Part shown: piece after piece, positions 50,615-62,612 of the stretch
How the letters are laid out: each line of letters begins with the position of its first letter
Position numbering within the stretch: position 1 is the stretch's first letter
Assembly (NCBI GenBank): GCA_973895155.1
Contig: OZ316896.1
Span: 13,511,469 to 13,575,468 of the forward strand
From: Marsupella aquatica
Taxonomy: Eukaryota > Plantae > Marchantiophyta
Length of the DNA: 64,000 bases
Reading direction: 5' to 3'
Translations under genes and position numbers: made by a program
Notes under the pieces: model-generated
The model's input: the letters and a program-made list of their open reading frames with translations, nothing else
Databases searched by the model: none
What the model was told of the DNA's origin: nothing

Positions 50615-53600
50615 ATGGCAACGGAGAAGATTGGACTCCTCTTTTCGAGGACACCGCTTTTCCCGAAGTTGCCTTTGGCAGTGGCAGAAGTGTGCGGCGG
50701 CTCCACCAGATCGTTCTCTCCAACTAGGAGCGGCGGGAAACCGTTTTTGAATGGTTTTGCTGATTTGAGGTTTAGTCGTTGTGGTTCGGGCGGCGGATTT
50801 GTGGAGGTTAGTAAGAATCGGAGGTGGAGGGCAGCGACTGCCACCAGTGCTAGGGTTTACTCGAAAGAAATGGGAGAGATCAAGGTCGTGGATGTGGTGG
50901 AAACTCCGGCGGCCGATCAGCAGCATGCTGGTGGTTCTCAACAGCACGGGGAGGCTTACGCCAACATCTCCACACTGCCTATAGCTGCCGCTTTGTTAGG
51001 TGAGAGCGCGCTCGCTTTGGTTTATGTGTCACCAGGTTGCGAGATCATTAATTCTTCCCCGAGCTCTGTGCGGAAGATATTTTGGTTATGGCTTGAAATT
51101 TTTCTGTTTCAGTTGCTTCTCCAATCTATTCTCGGCTCAGATTCTTGATGAATTCTCAAGAATTTTTTCGAAATCGATTCTTCTGTCTTTAGGGGCTCCC
51201 TTGTTGATGATGCTGTGAAGGATAATTCTCTTTCCGTTTTTCTGTAGTCAGTAAACTGACGAATTCTGTCTCAAATATTGAGACCATGTGTCTATCTCTC
51301 ACGTGATGGCTGGCCAAATTTTCACAGCATCGACAAGCGAATCGGTGGAGGTGAATGGCATGGTATGTAACCTGTTGGATCGAGGTAACAAGAAGCAAGT
51401 TTGCCTCTTCTACTGCCCGGAAACGGAGGACCTGGCTCGTCGAATTGCCGCAGAAACGGACTCCATTGAGCTACGGAGCATTAGATGGGGGTACTCTTTT
51501 GAATTTTCAGCAATCTTTTTGTTCGTTGGTCATTATTAACAACATTTAAAGTGCTCAGCTGCACGACAAGTACAGTAATTGATTGCTCTCTCGTTGTTCG
51601 AAGGCCTCTCTCTCATAAGTTGTTCGTCTCCACAATACGAGCCAAGAGATTATTTGGTCGCCGCCATGCTAGCTGTCGGACGATTAAGACCATTCACATC
51701 TAACTGCAATTGAATGGAGACTTTGGAAGCTTCAGAAAAGGAAATTGTCAAGTTTGTTCTACTCAGTAGTTCCTATAACTGATGGACCGGCGCTTTGTTC
51801 CTGAAATGCTCAGTCGACGATTGAAACGATGCTCATGGTTGCAATCATTTGCACATCGTTGCTTAAAGATCACATCCTCTTGTCCCGGCGGGCTGGTACA
51901 GGTGCTTCGCTGATGGCTTTCCCAACGTTTTTGTACCAAATGCTCACGGGATACGAAGCCAGCATGTTGCTTTCTTGGCATCCTTCAGCTCTCCGGGCGC
52001 CATTTTTGAGCAACTTTCCATCATTTACGCGTTGCCGCGGATGTTTGTGGCCTCCTTCACTTTGGTGTTGCCCTTCTTTCCTACTGGCACCTTAGAACGA
52101 ATGGAGGATGAAGGAGATATTGCAACTGCTTTCACACTTGCCAGGATCCTGTCCAATATTCCAATCTCAAGAGGTGGACCGACGAGTCTTGTAATATTCG
52201 ACATCCACGCCCTTCAAGTATGTTAGCAAACATCCGCGCATCCCTCCTGTCAACCTGTTCAAAGTTTAATTCTTCTCATCTTTCTGACACCCTGTGGCTT
52301 CGGCATCCCAGGAATCTTCTTCTCTTGGAATCGGCTAGACTTGATAGCTGTAAGCAAGCGTCTCCCTAGATGAGGTCGTCTGTGTGCAGTCATCTGAGAA
52401 AGTATTTTCTTTAAGCTCCGAAGTATCCTATGCTTCTGGCATCTTGCCCTTTTGTCAGATGCATGCAGGGATCTTGAATATACGTATGTGTCCTCCACAT
52501 ACGTGCAGGGCTATTGAGCAAAAGCTTTCTTCGGTGCATCAAATACCCCGTGAATTTTCAATCTACCTTCGTTGTCTGGCTGTGATCAGGAAAGATTCTA
52601 TTTCGGTGACAACGTTTTACCGTGCTTTGAAAGTGGCATCCCTCTTCTGAAGCATCGCCTACACCAGCTTCCTGATGCGCAGAATGTAAGCATAATCCTC
52701 ACCAAATGCTTCTTCGTTTGCTTGTAGGTTGACTTTTACAGCAGTGCTTAGAGCTAGTAATTGCAACTTGCATCTTCTCGTATCTTCTCCTGGGCCATCG
52801 CGTCATCCTTGGCAGTAAATTTTTCATTGTGTCGACAAGTTTTGAATGGTTACCTGTGCTATCTGTTACCTCGTTCTGAGTTGCCATCAATCTTTCAGCA
52901 TCCGATTTCCATGTTTAAATAAAAGATGGAACATTAGTGCATTAGTGCAGATTGAATTGAAAAAAAATATCGCATTCAAGAGCTTGGCCCTGTTGCTGCG
53001 GTTTAACATCGTTCTCTACTCTTTCTCTTGCCTCCAGGATTTGATGAATCTGATGTCCAGATATCCCAGCTAGCCTTTGTTACTTTTAGCTCGTCTGATG
53101 AGCTTATTAAATGCCGCAGGTGACAATTGCTTTCCCTGATGAGGGAGCATGGAAGCGGTTCTACAAACAGCTTCAGCACTTCCCCACGGTGGGCTTTGCC
53201 TGTTCAATAATTTAACCGCACGGAATTTGTCTGGTAGTTATATGTTGCTAGGAAAAGAGGTGCTCTACCTTGATGTTGCCATGGACAATACTTATTAGGA
53301 GAGGAATTATTGCAGATAATTTGCACAAAGGTTCGAGAGGGAGACAATCGAATCGTGAGGCTGAAGGAAGGAGATCCGAGCGGGAGGCATGTAGTAATTG
53401 TCGATGACTTGGTCCAATCGGGAAGTACTTTGATCGAGTGTCAGGTGTGCAAACCTTGTACTACATACTGTTCTCTGTGGACGGATATGAATGAATGCGA
53501 GGGCTACAGTGTTCAGTTCGTTATGGATTTCTGTTGTGCAATAGGTCGTTGGAACCAGGGTTTAATGTACAACTTTGTGCTAGAGGGCGTCAAGGTTTTG

Positions 53601-54859
53601 AATTGAGCTAGATTATGGGAATGCCACCAGTCAATTTTCCTACTTATTTACTTCGTTTCTGCACATATTGAATCAAATTGTTGAGTCCGAGACATGACTA
53701 GAGAAATATGGTCAGAGCATCGGTAATAGACTTACCCGTATTTTATACAGGGAGTACATTGTATTGACAATTGAATTTCTTTAAATACCTGTATTGATAA
53801 GGAGGATTATCATTGTCGAGGAATCTGGTCGGGCAAGCATGATGAGGTTCTTTGTTTAGAACACGCCTCACTGAGTCCCTTATGAAAAGCCATTTGATCG
53901 TATGTGATATCTAATATCTTGTTGTTTCAATTCTGTAGAAGCTCTTAGAGAGCCTTGGTGCCAGTAAAGTAAGTGCATACGCTACTCATGGTGTGTTTCC
54001 AAAGAGGTCCTGGGAGCGATTTGCACACACTGAGAATGGTGAGCACCAAGCCCGGATAGCTATATTTAAAATACTGTATTTTGTATGATTCCACCTAATT
54101 CTGTATGGTCGGCTTACGGATGTTCGCTTTCATGAGCTTCTTACTTTCTCAAGATGGTGCTAATATAGCCTGCCTTGGTTATATTAGGGCCAAAACCAAC
54201 TTCCTGAGGTCTAGGATTAATTTTATTGATTGCTTATTGCGTCAGTTTCCTGAGTATCTATTGTCACTGTAGGTCTCTACGTCAGTGTTCTTCTTAGTAT
54301 GGACGAGATGCACGATTACGATAGCTTAAATAATTGTAGCTGAATTTGTTGCAACTCTAATGAGAGAGGGAGTCCATTAGAAGAAAACTCATAGATCCTC
54401 AAGTTCCGAGCTATCCAAATTAAAGGACTAATCTATGGTCCATAAATATGAGAGACAAAACTTGCAATGCGGCAGAGCTTTACACTTCTTTCTCTTGCTG
54501 ACATGATGTTTATCCCTCTTTGTAAACGAAGAGTTCTCTGTTTATGTAGGGCAAGTACTCCTCTGACCTAAGTGTATGTTTTGGGATGTTCTTGAAGAGG
54601 ACTTCTTGTCTTACTACTTGAAAGATGTGCTAGCTAAGGACGCTCATGATGATTAAAGGTCAACCCGTCAATTGAGCATCTTGTACTCACATTGTTATTG
54701 AAGTCTGTTTCTATTCTGTTTGGACTTGCAGGTCCAAAAGGCTTTGAACATTTCTGGATCTCAGATTCTTGTCCACTGACTGTGACGGAGGTGATGGGAA
54801 AAGCCCCGTTCGAAATTCTTAGCTTGGCTGGATCAATCGCTGCAGCTCTGCACATATAG
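50615..54859 (+). CDS. PRS4: Ribose-phosphate pyrophosphokinase, class II (PRS3/PRS4 type), 8 exons, ~461 aa with a transit-like N-terminus
   Basis: Exons 50615-50999, 51328-51490, 51902-52217, 52590-52685, 53120-53188, 53316-53444, 53939-54038 and 54732-54859 splice in frame with GT-AG introns. Motifs [59 protein letters not shown] and THGVFP. Exon 1 and the start codon are less certain than the core. Confidence 0.93.
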
Positions 54860-56129
54860 GTTTGCATGATTCACTGCCGTGGATCTTGGAACCTTTGTAA
54901 AATTCTTGGAATATGATTGGGGACCTGAGTTTGTAATGTGTCCCCACTCCAAGTTGAGATTATTGGAAGACGGTTAAGTACTCTTGTACCAATGTTAGCC
55001 ATGAACGGATGATGGACGGTTCATCCTTCCGAGTTTTATTTTTCACAGTGGGTGGGTGTTGATTGCTCTCCACTTTCATGGAAGCCCAGAGAAGAGTCTA
55101 GATTAAATATGATCCGGAGATTCTCTTTGGGTTTGGAGTTTTGTAAACTAGTCAGTTTTGCTTCTCATTTGAGCCTGCGAAGGACAATAAAGTCGGGCTT
55201 GAATCAATCACCATACAAAGTGTGGCCAGATTGCGGATCAAGTACGTGGAGCCGAGGGTGGTTGTGCATTTGAACATATTTGATGTTGACCTTTACTGAG
55301 CTAAGCAGTGGCTTTGAAGTTAACAGAGACCAGAAGCTACTACCAATATTTATCCATTTCTCTTGATTCCATTGAAGGATTTGATGTCATTTCTATGGTA
55401 TGTTCGAGGAAAGAGAACTTCAGATCAACATAAGATGAGGAAATCTTTGATATTGTTCCCCATAAATGATTTTTTTTGTCAGGGCTCTTTCTTTCTCAAT
55501 CTCGATAAAGACACGTGACTTCATGCAGTGATTGGATCTGAGCTTGTGTTTGCACAACAAAGGGGACAATGGGGCAAATATGTAGGGAATCTCGACTTAC
55601 AATCGACTTGTTGAGCATGATTTTCCTGCTGTTAGATACTTGTAGAAATTGCGTGTCTACATTATGTACTTGTTCGTTGAACTGTCTACATGATGTATTT
55701 GTTTGCTGAAGGAACCTGGACAGCTTTGTGATCCTGGACAGGTCTTCCATTAGCGTAATATTGCCTGTTAAGGTTGACAAGGAGTAGAGAGACAAGTATC
55801 GAATGATTAATATTTCCACTTCAATGATGTCAATGAAGTCTGTCTTGACGGAGGCACTTCCAGTATTCTTTGATCTTGTCGCATTTGTTGAGACTGACTT
55901 GGTGAGCCTTGAGGGTTTACATGGGAAGTCCTTTGGCCTCTCTCGGCCACTTCTGTGACCTTCATGGATTTTTCTGTTGCCCAAGATTATTTTTCTAGCA
56001 AATAATACCTATTCTGAAGGTAACAAAGGGTCAATCCACGACTTTCCAAAAATTATCATAAAGTTACTGATTGAACAAAAGTGAGGTAGTAGTGGGTCCA
56101 CAATTACTATATTAGTATAAAAGCATATT

Positions 56130-56290
56130 AATATGGAACCTCAAATCTGCAATGCTTACATGTGTATCGTAACATGGGACCTCAAAATTCTGCAACCTCA
56201 AAGCCTGCAGTTAGTATATATACCGAGAGTAAATGTATAGTAAGATTGGACCTCAAAATCTGCAATTTGTATGTGTATTAGTAACATGTA
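56130..56290. repeat. Short degenerate tandem repeats (ACCTCAAA.TCTGCAA...GTAACATG)
   Basis: Motif at about 56138, 56179, 56195 and 56250. Confidence 0.6.
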
Positions 56291-56346
56291 TAGTAAGGAC
56301 TGTTTCCAGGGCATTGTGGACTATATTGCCAAAAGAGTACAGATTA

Positions 56347-56670
56347 AGGGCTAGGTTCCATGGGGCTGGGAGTAAGGAGTACGGATGCTGTCAGAATTTT
56401 TAAGCCAATAAGATTGCAGGTTTTCCAGGGACTAAGGGGTGTACAAATACTATATCAAGGAGTATGATTTTCCCTCACACTCCCTCTTAAACTTCAGGGG
56501 TACCCCCTGCCCCTGTATAAGAGCAGTACAGGGCATTCTCATTGGTTCCTGAGTCAAAATTCATACTTTTAAAATACTGTATACACCTTGGCATACGGTG
56601 TATTTGGGCCCTAGTTAATGTCAGAGGGAGTGACAGTACTCCCTACCCCTGGCCCATGGAACCTGGCCCT
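56347..56670. mobile_element. MITE with ~18-35-bp TIRs
   Basis: AGGGCTAGGTTCCATGGG...CCCATGGAACCTGGCCCT, extending imperfectly to GGAGTAC/GTACTCC, flanked by TA on both sides (alternatively TAA/TTA). Confidence 0.8.
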
Positions 56671-58759
56671 TAGCCCAAGTTTTGATGGACTGTTATTGTC
56701 TAGAATACCCTGGCAATAAGGGGCTCATGCCCAAAATCCTGAACTTAGATCCCTAAACTTTTCACTCCTATTTCTGGTTTTTCTTTCTCCTTTCTTCACA
56801 ATTGAAGACAAACCCAAATTTAATGGAAATCTTGCCACAAGTAGAGAGATTGTCTTTTCTTGTAAATTAGTACTTTTTGTGCTTCCTCTCACCAGCCCTG
56901 GTGACAAATTGATAGATTCGGACAGATCCATCTGATCCAACGTCCTCCTGCCTGGCAGGACAACAGCTCCAGCAGCGCAACTAATATCACATTGTCAAAG
57001 AACAAAAATTTTAGAGATGTTGAGGAATGATGCGGGAAATGATAATGAGATTCCTCTCTATAGAATGAATGGGTGCATCTCTATATATAGTCTCCGTCCG
57101 AGTTATCCTATACGGTAACTATGGTTAAGGTAACCATGGAGTCTAGTTAGGGTATAACACTCCCCCCTGGCTATATAGTGATAACTATGTAGACAAAAAG
57201 TCTTCTAACTAGATTATCATGCTTATAAACATGGCATGATTTGAGTACAAATGAGGAAGGTACTGCCTCGTTAAAACCTTTAACAGCTCTAAAAAACTCT
57301 ATCAGGGTAACAGAGAAAAAAAAATATATATATATATATATATATCTCGGCTCTAAAAGAAAAAGAGTACAGCCCTGTCGGTCCTCAAGTGAATCCGATG
57401 GTATGTGGAGTTAACAGTAACAACTCCACTCCGTCAAAATGAACAAGTTGTCGTATGCTCAACGACTCAACAACAACGCGACATGTCTCTAAATCGCTCA
57501 CCATCGCGTATACATCCGCACATACATCCTTGCATCGAATACAAATTAAAACATATATGAAAAAATGATTAGTAATTAAGTTATTATCATAAAATCACTT
57601 GTCTGTGGCTCATCTGCGCAAAGTGTAAAGTATAATAATAAATAATGTCATCTCGTGCAACTGAGTGCGTAAAGTATGGGATGTAAAAAGTCTGAAAAAT
57701 ATGATCTCCCCTTCAAAACAAGGTTTCGAGGAATATATTATTCTCGTAAAACTCAAATATCGAAACTCTCCCTTAGAGTTCAAGGACTCCTAATTAGATT
57801 CTTAAATAGAGGGTTCTTGTGCAAAATGCACAATTCGCAAGCGTGTGTAGTCGACACACAAAGAAATCTCTCAATCTTAGATTTCAAAAACATGTAGTAT
57901 CAAATAGTTTTTATGTGAAAAATAATCTGCAACACCAAAGGGTGTGCATTCACAACACCAGCGGGTGTGTGTATAATATGGCACATCTGCCCTGCACGGC
58001 TGCAGTTCTCATATTTTGACAAAAAGTGTCAAGTCAATATAACTTCACAAATAACCCTATGGAATCCAAACATTCAGTCGAACGTCCATGTGTGTCATAG
58101 CACAGAGAAATGCTAGCTCAAAATGATTCGCTATCTTGCGGAGGTAAAGTGATATTCATAAACGTCAAACAACTCCGCATAAAAATAGTTTAGAGCTAGT
58201 GATAGTCAAAAGATCCCACTTAATGACCAAGTACCAAAATGTACTCGTAGTGGGTAAATCAAGTGTGATTGGGGTTTGAGAAAATAAACTTTCTCCCCCT
58301 AAATATGCATTTTATGCATATATTATAGTTGAAAGCTAGAATTAAGTTGGACCGGACAAAGTTATGGGGTTTGCCCATATTAACCCCTCATTACTCATTC
58401 TGATTTTAGTTTACTTCGGGTTTCTAAATATTCGCAGTTAAACCCCTAAAGGGTTATTGATTATCCGCTTTTGGATATGGCCGGAAACTAAGGTCATGAA
58501 ACTAACCTAAAGTACTGTACCTTAGATTATTCTGGATCTTTCATGAGAAACATATCTGCCATCGATCACTGGATCTCAGAAAATCTATACCTTACCAAAA
58601 TACCTCAAAAACTAGGTCATAGAGCATGATTAAAGGTATGGTATTAGTTCCATACTTAAAAACTATCATCCCACCGAACAATGGCTATAAAAGCTCTCGT
58701 TTGAGTTGTTTATGGTGTAAAGGCCATGAGGATAAGACCCTTAAGTAAGATATTGCCCT

Positions 58760-59320
58760 AATGTAGGGTGTAAATGGGTGTAAACCCATGTCAATTGGTG
58801 TAAAATTTGTAAATGGTCATTTTACACACAAAAAGTGTATGGACCAAAGTTTACTCCCCCTGATGGTGTAAATTGGTGTAAACCAGTGTAAATACTATAA
58901 GCAAGTGTAATCTGGTGTAACCAGTGTAAACAAGTATAAACCCAATGTAAAGCATGGGATTATACAATGGTAAGACATACACTGGTGTAAACTGGTGTCA
59001 TGAGGTATAATCTAGAATGGTATCATTAGGTATAAACTGGGGGTGTAAAATGGTGTAAAAACCATTTTGTGATTGAAATGGGTGTAATAACCACTTTGTA
59101 AATGGAAAGTAGAGGTATTTGGTATAAAACCATTATTTCCAATGTGCAAAGTCAAGACAGTAAGGGTGGTATGACATGTAAATATGTCAAATGCATGTAA
59201 AGCATGTGTTGCACATGCAAGGCATGTTAATGTATGCGAATTCAACAAGTGACATGTAATTTCCCTAAACCAGTTGATGTGTTTACATGTGTAAACTGTG
59301 TAAATTGGTGTGTAAATTTT
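58760..59320. repeat. Low-complexity region of dispersed (G)GTGTAAA motifs inside the LTR element
   Basis: More than 15 TGTAAA/TATAAA variants, mostly as GGTGTAAA. Confidence 0.7.
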
Positions 59321-60307
59321 CAATGTGCACTTATCATTTTCCATTTCATTTGTTTATCCATAAGTGCAAAACATCCGTTGTCAACAAGATTTTCTTTGTT
59401 AATATGTGCATATATGGATAGTTTTTCAAAAATGAAGATTTTGCACTGAAACACATGGGATTCTCTTGTCTTTGGGTAAGTGCACCCTAGCATTTGTATT
59501 TCAGAAACTCTTTACTATATTGTGCATTTAATGAGGGTTGCACTTATCTGGTGTTCGAGTTTTTCTCGAGGATTTTGAGATCGAATGTTGCATGTTTAAG
59601 TCACTCATGTGTGTCTCTTGAAATCTCCCTTGTCGTTTTGGCTCGTTCTTTGATTGCGATCAGTTTCTCAGGCTCATTCTTGGACAAACACAACATTCCA
59701 TATTTAGGATTCAGAAAATGCTATCAGATCTAGACCCCACAATGATGATTCGTTTCTTTCGCTGGGTGCCATCTCCCGTACGTTCACAACCAAAGCCAAG
59801 ATGTTCGTCCTCCACGACATTTGCTTCTATCTTCTCCAATTTGATACAATTGTATCAAATGGCTCTTATTGGAATCTTCATTGAATCAGCAAACGACCAA
59901 TTCAACATCCATGTTTGGCCTCTTGTAATGCCTGTACTTCACTTGATCGTGTGTAATGGGCATTTCTTTTCATCCTTTATGGCTCGCAGATCGACCAACA
60001 AGAAACTGTCAGTGGTTGAGAAACATTGTGAAATTCAGGGGAAGAGAAGGCGCCTGCGTTCGTCCCTTATGAGGTTAGGGTTTTGAAAAATTTTCTTATG
60101 ATCATATCACAGCCTTCATAAGCTTGCTCTCGGCGTGACCACAATGCTACATCCTGTCGTTGCTTCAACGTGACTCATGTTCTCTTGGTGGTTCAAACTA
60201 CTAGCCTTCTCACTCCCAACTCAATTCTCCTCCATAACTTGGAAATCCTTAAGAGAACATTCATTCATCATAGCCATAGGGAAATTCCTAAAAAAAATTC
60301 ATGATCA

Positions 60308-60339
60308 AGCTCAGCTGGTCTAGAGTCGTGCTGATAACG
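60308..60339 (-). other. Primer-binding site complementary to the 5' half of tRNA-Ile
   Basis: Plus strand AGCTCAGCTGGTCTAGAGTCGTGCTGATAACG compared with plant tRNA-Ile(AAU) AGCTCAGCTGGTTAGAGCGTCGTGCTAATAACG (recalled from memory). It abuts the 5' LTR. Confidence 0.85.
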
Positions 60340-61044
60340 TGTTGAGGAATGATGCGGGAAATGATAATGAGATTCCTCTCTATAGAATGAATGGGTGCAT
60401 CTCTATATATAGTCTCCGTCCGAGTTATCCTATACGGTAACTATGGTTAAGGTAACCATGGAGTCTAGTTAGGGTATAACAAGAGAAATGATATTAATAT
60501 CTTTACTCCAAACAAGTCCAATTCCTGTGCTTTGTACAATTGGCTAGGTTAAGGCACAAAGGCAAGGCAGGAAGGGCACAGCAAAGTGTTCTTGGCAGAT
60601 GGAACAGTCACAAAATTAATTTTTTTCAGTGAATGACCATGATTCTTCCCGCCCAAATAGCAATTTGTAAACACATGATGGACAACAATGGATTGGATTG
60701 GATTGTCCAGTTTTCTTACTAAGTTACCCTCTACACAACACAACCTTCTTAAGTTGCCCCCCAAACTAATTCAATTAGTAAGCCACCCCCATGGGTCAAT
60801 CTTAGCTGTACATTCCAAATATTTGAGCTACTTATGGCAGTCCTATTCCTTGCAAGGAGACAATATAATCAGTAAATTAGTTCAGGGGGCAACTTAGCAA
60901 TTTTGTTCAATATTGGGGGTGACATAGTGTGTAGATTTGACATGATCTTAAGTATCGAGGCAAGGATTGGTCACTGTTTAGGGTTTCTAGGGTTGGGTCG
61001 GACTAGGCTTTCTTTCTTGGGGCGTGAGTCGTTCCAATTTGGTG

Positions 61045-61079
61045 AATTCAATTCAATTCAATTCAATTCAATTCAATTC
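61045..61079. repeat. (AATTC)n microsatellite just upstream of ALG12
   Basis: 7 tandem AATTC units. Confidence 0.95.
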
Positions 61080-61118
61080 CTTTCTGGTGGTAGATAGAGT
61101 GTGACTCAAAGGAGGGCT

Positions 61119-62612
61119 ATGGCGTCACCTCTAGCAGCTGCTGCTGGACACTTCGATCGGTGGGATGTGCTATTGGCAGCTCTGGCAGCAGTGTACATTG
61201 TCATGGCACCCTACACCAAAGTGGAAGAGAGCTTCAATGTCCAGGCCATGCATGATGTTCTGTATCATCGGGGAGATTTGCAGAATTACGATCACCTCGA
61301 TTTTCCGGGAGTTGTTCCCCGGACGTTTCTGGGTCCCATGTTCGTTGCGTTGGTGGCATCTCCAATCGTATTTGTTTGTTCAAGTTTGTTACATCTGCCA
61401 AAGCTGATCTCTCTCTATGCTGTCCGATTTGTTCTTGGGGCCGCTGTTCTGGGGACCCTGCATTACCTGAGAAGGGAAGTGGCAGCTCAATTTGGGGAAA
61501 CGACTGCAAGTTTCTATGGTGCATTAACTTTTGTTCAATTTCATATCCTGTTCTACTGCTCTCGACCACTCCCGAATGTGTTCGCTCTAGCTCTTGTGAA
61601 TCTCGCATTCTCTTGCTGGTTGAGAGGCTCCCCGAAGGGAACACTGAGGTTCCTGGTGTTCGCTGCAGCTGTTTTTCGATGTGATGTCGTGCTTCTCTTA
61701 GCTCCTGTTGGGCTTTCCCTTCTCCTGAGCAGGTCCATTTCCTGGTGGAGCGCAGTGAGATGTTGTACTACGACGGCATTATTTGCCATTGGGTTGTCTG
61801 TGGCGGTGGACTCCATTATGTGGCAGCGGTGGGTTTGGCCAGAGTTCGAAGTCCTGTGGTTCAATTCGGTGCTGGATCGCAGCTCAGAATGGGGAGTTTC
61901 TCCTCCCCTTTGGTACTTCACGTCGGCGCTGCCTCGTGCAATGATGGTGGGATGGCCACTTGCTTTGGCAGGTGTTCTGCTGGAACGACGCATGGTGAAG
62001 TACATACTTCCAATCTTGAGCTTCATTGGCCTTTACTCCAAGCTTCCACACAAGGAGCTTCGTTTCATACTTATCGGAGTGCCAGTCTTGAATGTTGCTG
62101 CTGCAGCTGCCGCTGCCAGAGTCTACAACAATCGTAAGAAGCCATTGTGGGGCATCGTAAATGTTGGTATCGTCTCGATGTTATTTGCCAGCTTCGGCGT
62201 GTCGCTGATCATGGCCACTGCTTCATATGCAAATTATCCCGGGGGCAATGCACTTCGTCTGCTCCACACTCAAGTCGGGAAACCTGAAAATGTGTCGATA
62301 TCTGCACACATTAGTGTTCTGCCAGCAATGACAGGCATCTCTCGTTTCTGTGAAGAAGGGCGACCTTGGAGTTATTCCAAAGAGGAGGACCTGCTTACTG
62401 AAGAATTTGCTGCCAGGAACTTCACATTCCTCCTAAATGAGAAGCCTAACGTTCCAGGCTTCAACTGCCTCATGGTTGTTAGTGGATTTTCTCGTCTACA
62501 TTTCCAATTAGCTTTCCCACCCATTGGCCTGGTGCAGGAGCCAAGAGTCTTCATTCATGGATTGGAGCATTTACAAGTCATCGATCAACGACAATGGCCT
62601 GGATGTGGTTGA
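61119..62612 (+). CDS. ALG12: Dol-P-Man:Man7GlcNAc2-PP-Dol alpha-1,6-mannosyltransferase (ALG12/EBS4), single exon, 497 aa
   Basis: Uninterrupted ORF from the ATG at 61119. Motifs PYTKVEESFN.QA.HD, YDH..FPGVVPRTF, FH..FY.SRPLPN, FRCD, WG.SP..WYF, YSKLPHKELRF and NYPGG, with multiple transmembrane segments. Confidence 0.96.
   Translation: MASPLAAAAGHFDRWDVLLAALAAVYIVMAPYTKVEESFNVQAMHDVLYHRGDLQNYDHLDFPGVVPRTFLGPMFVALVASPIVFVCSSLLHLPKLISLYAVRFVLGAAVLGTLHYLRREVAAQFGETTASFYGALTFVQFHILFYCSRPLPNVFALALVNLAFSCWLRGSPKGTLRFLVFAAAVFRCDVVLLLAPVGLSLLLSRSISWWSAVRCCTTTALFAIGLSVAVDSIMWQRWVWPEFEVLWFNSVLDRSSEWGVSPPLWYFTSALPRAMMVGWPLALAGVLLERRMVKYILPILSFIGLYSKLPHKELRFILIGVPVLNVAAAAAAARVYNNRKKPLWGIVNVGIVSMLFASFGVSLIMATASYANYPGGNALRLLHTQVGKPENVSISAHISVLPAMTGISRFCEEGRPWSYSKEEDLLTEEFAARNFTFLLNEKPNVPGFNCLMVVSGFSRLHFQLAFPPIGLVQEPRVFIHGLEHLQVIDQRQWPGCG

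Larger units (their letters stand above)
57018..60481 (-). mobile_element. Young non-autonomous LTR retrotransposon, Bianca-like Ty1/Copia derivative
   Basis: Identical 142-bp LTRs at 57018-57159 and 60340-60481 (TG...CA) with TSD AGAGA (57013-57017 and 60482-60486). On the minus strand there is a PPT (AGGGGGGAG, 57160-57168) and a PBS CGTTATCAGCACGAC. The internal region has only decayed gag/pol traces. Confidence 0.95.

Noticed and set aside
60308-60339. tRNA-Ile gene
   Set aside because: Only the 5' half is present, with no T-arm or acceptor stem; it is the PBS of the LTR element.
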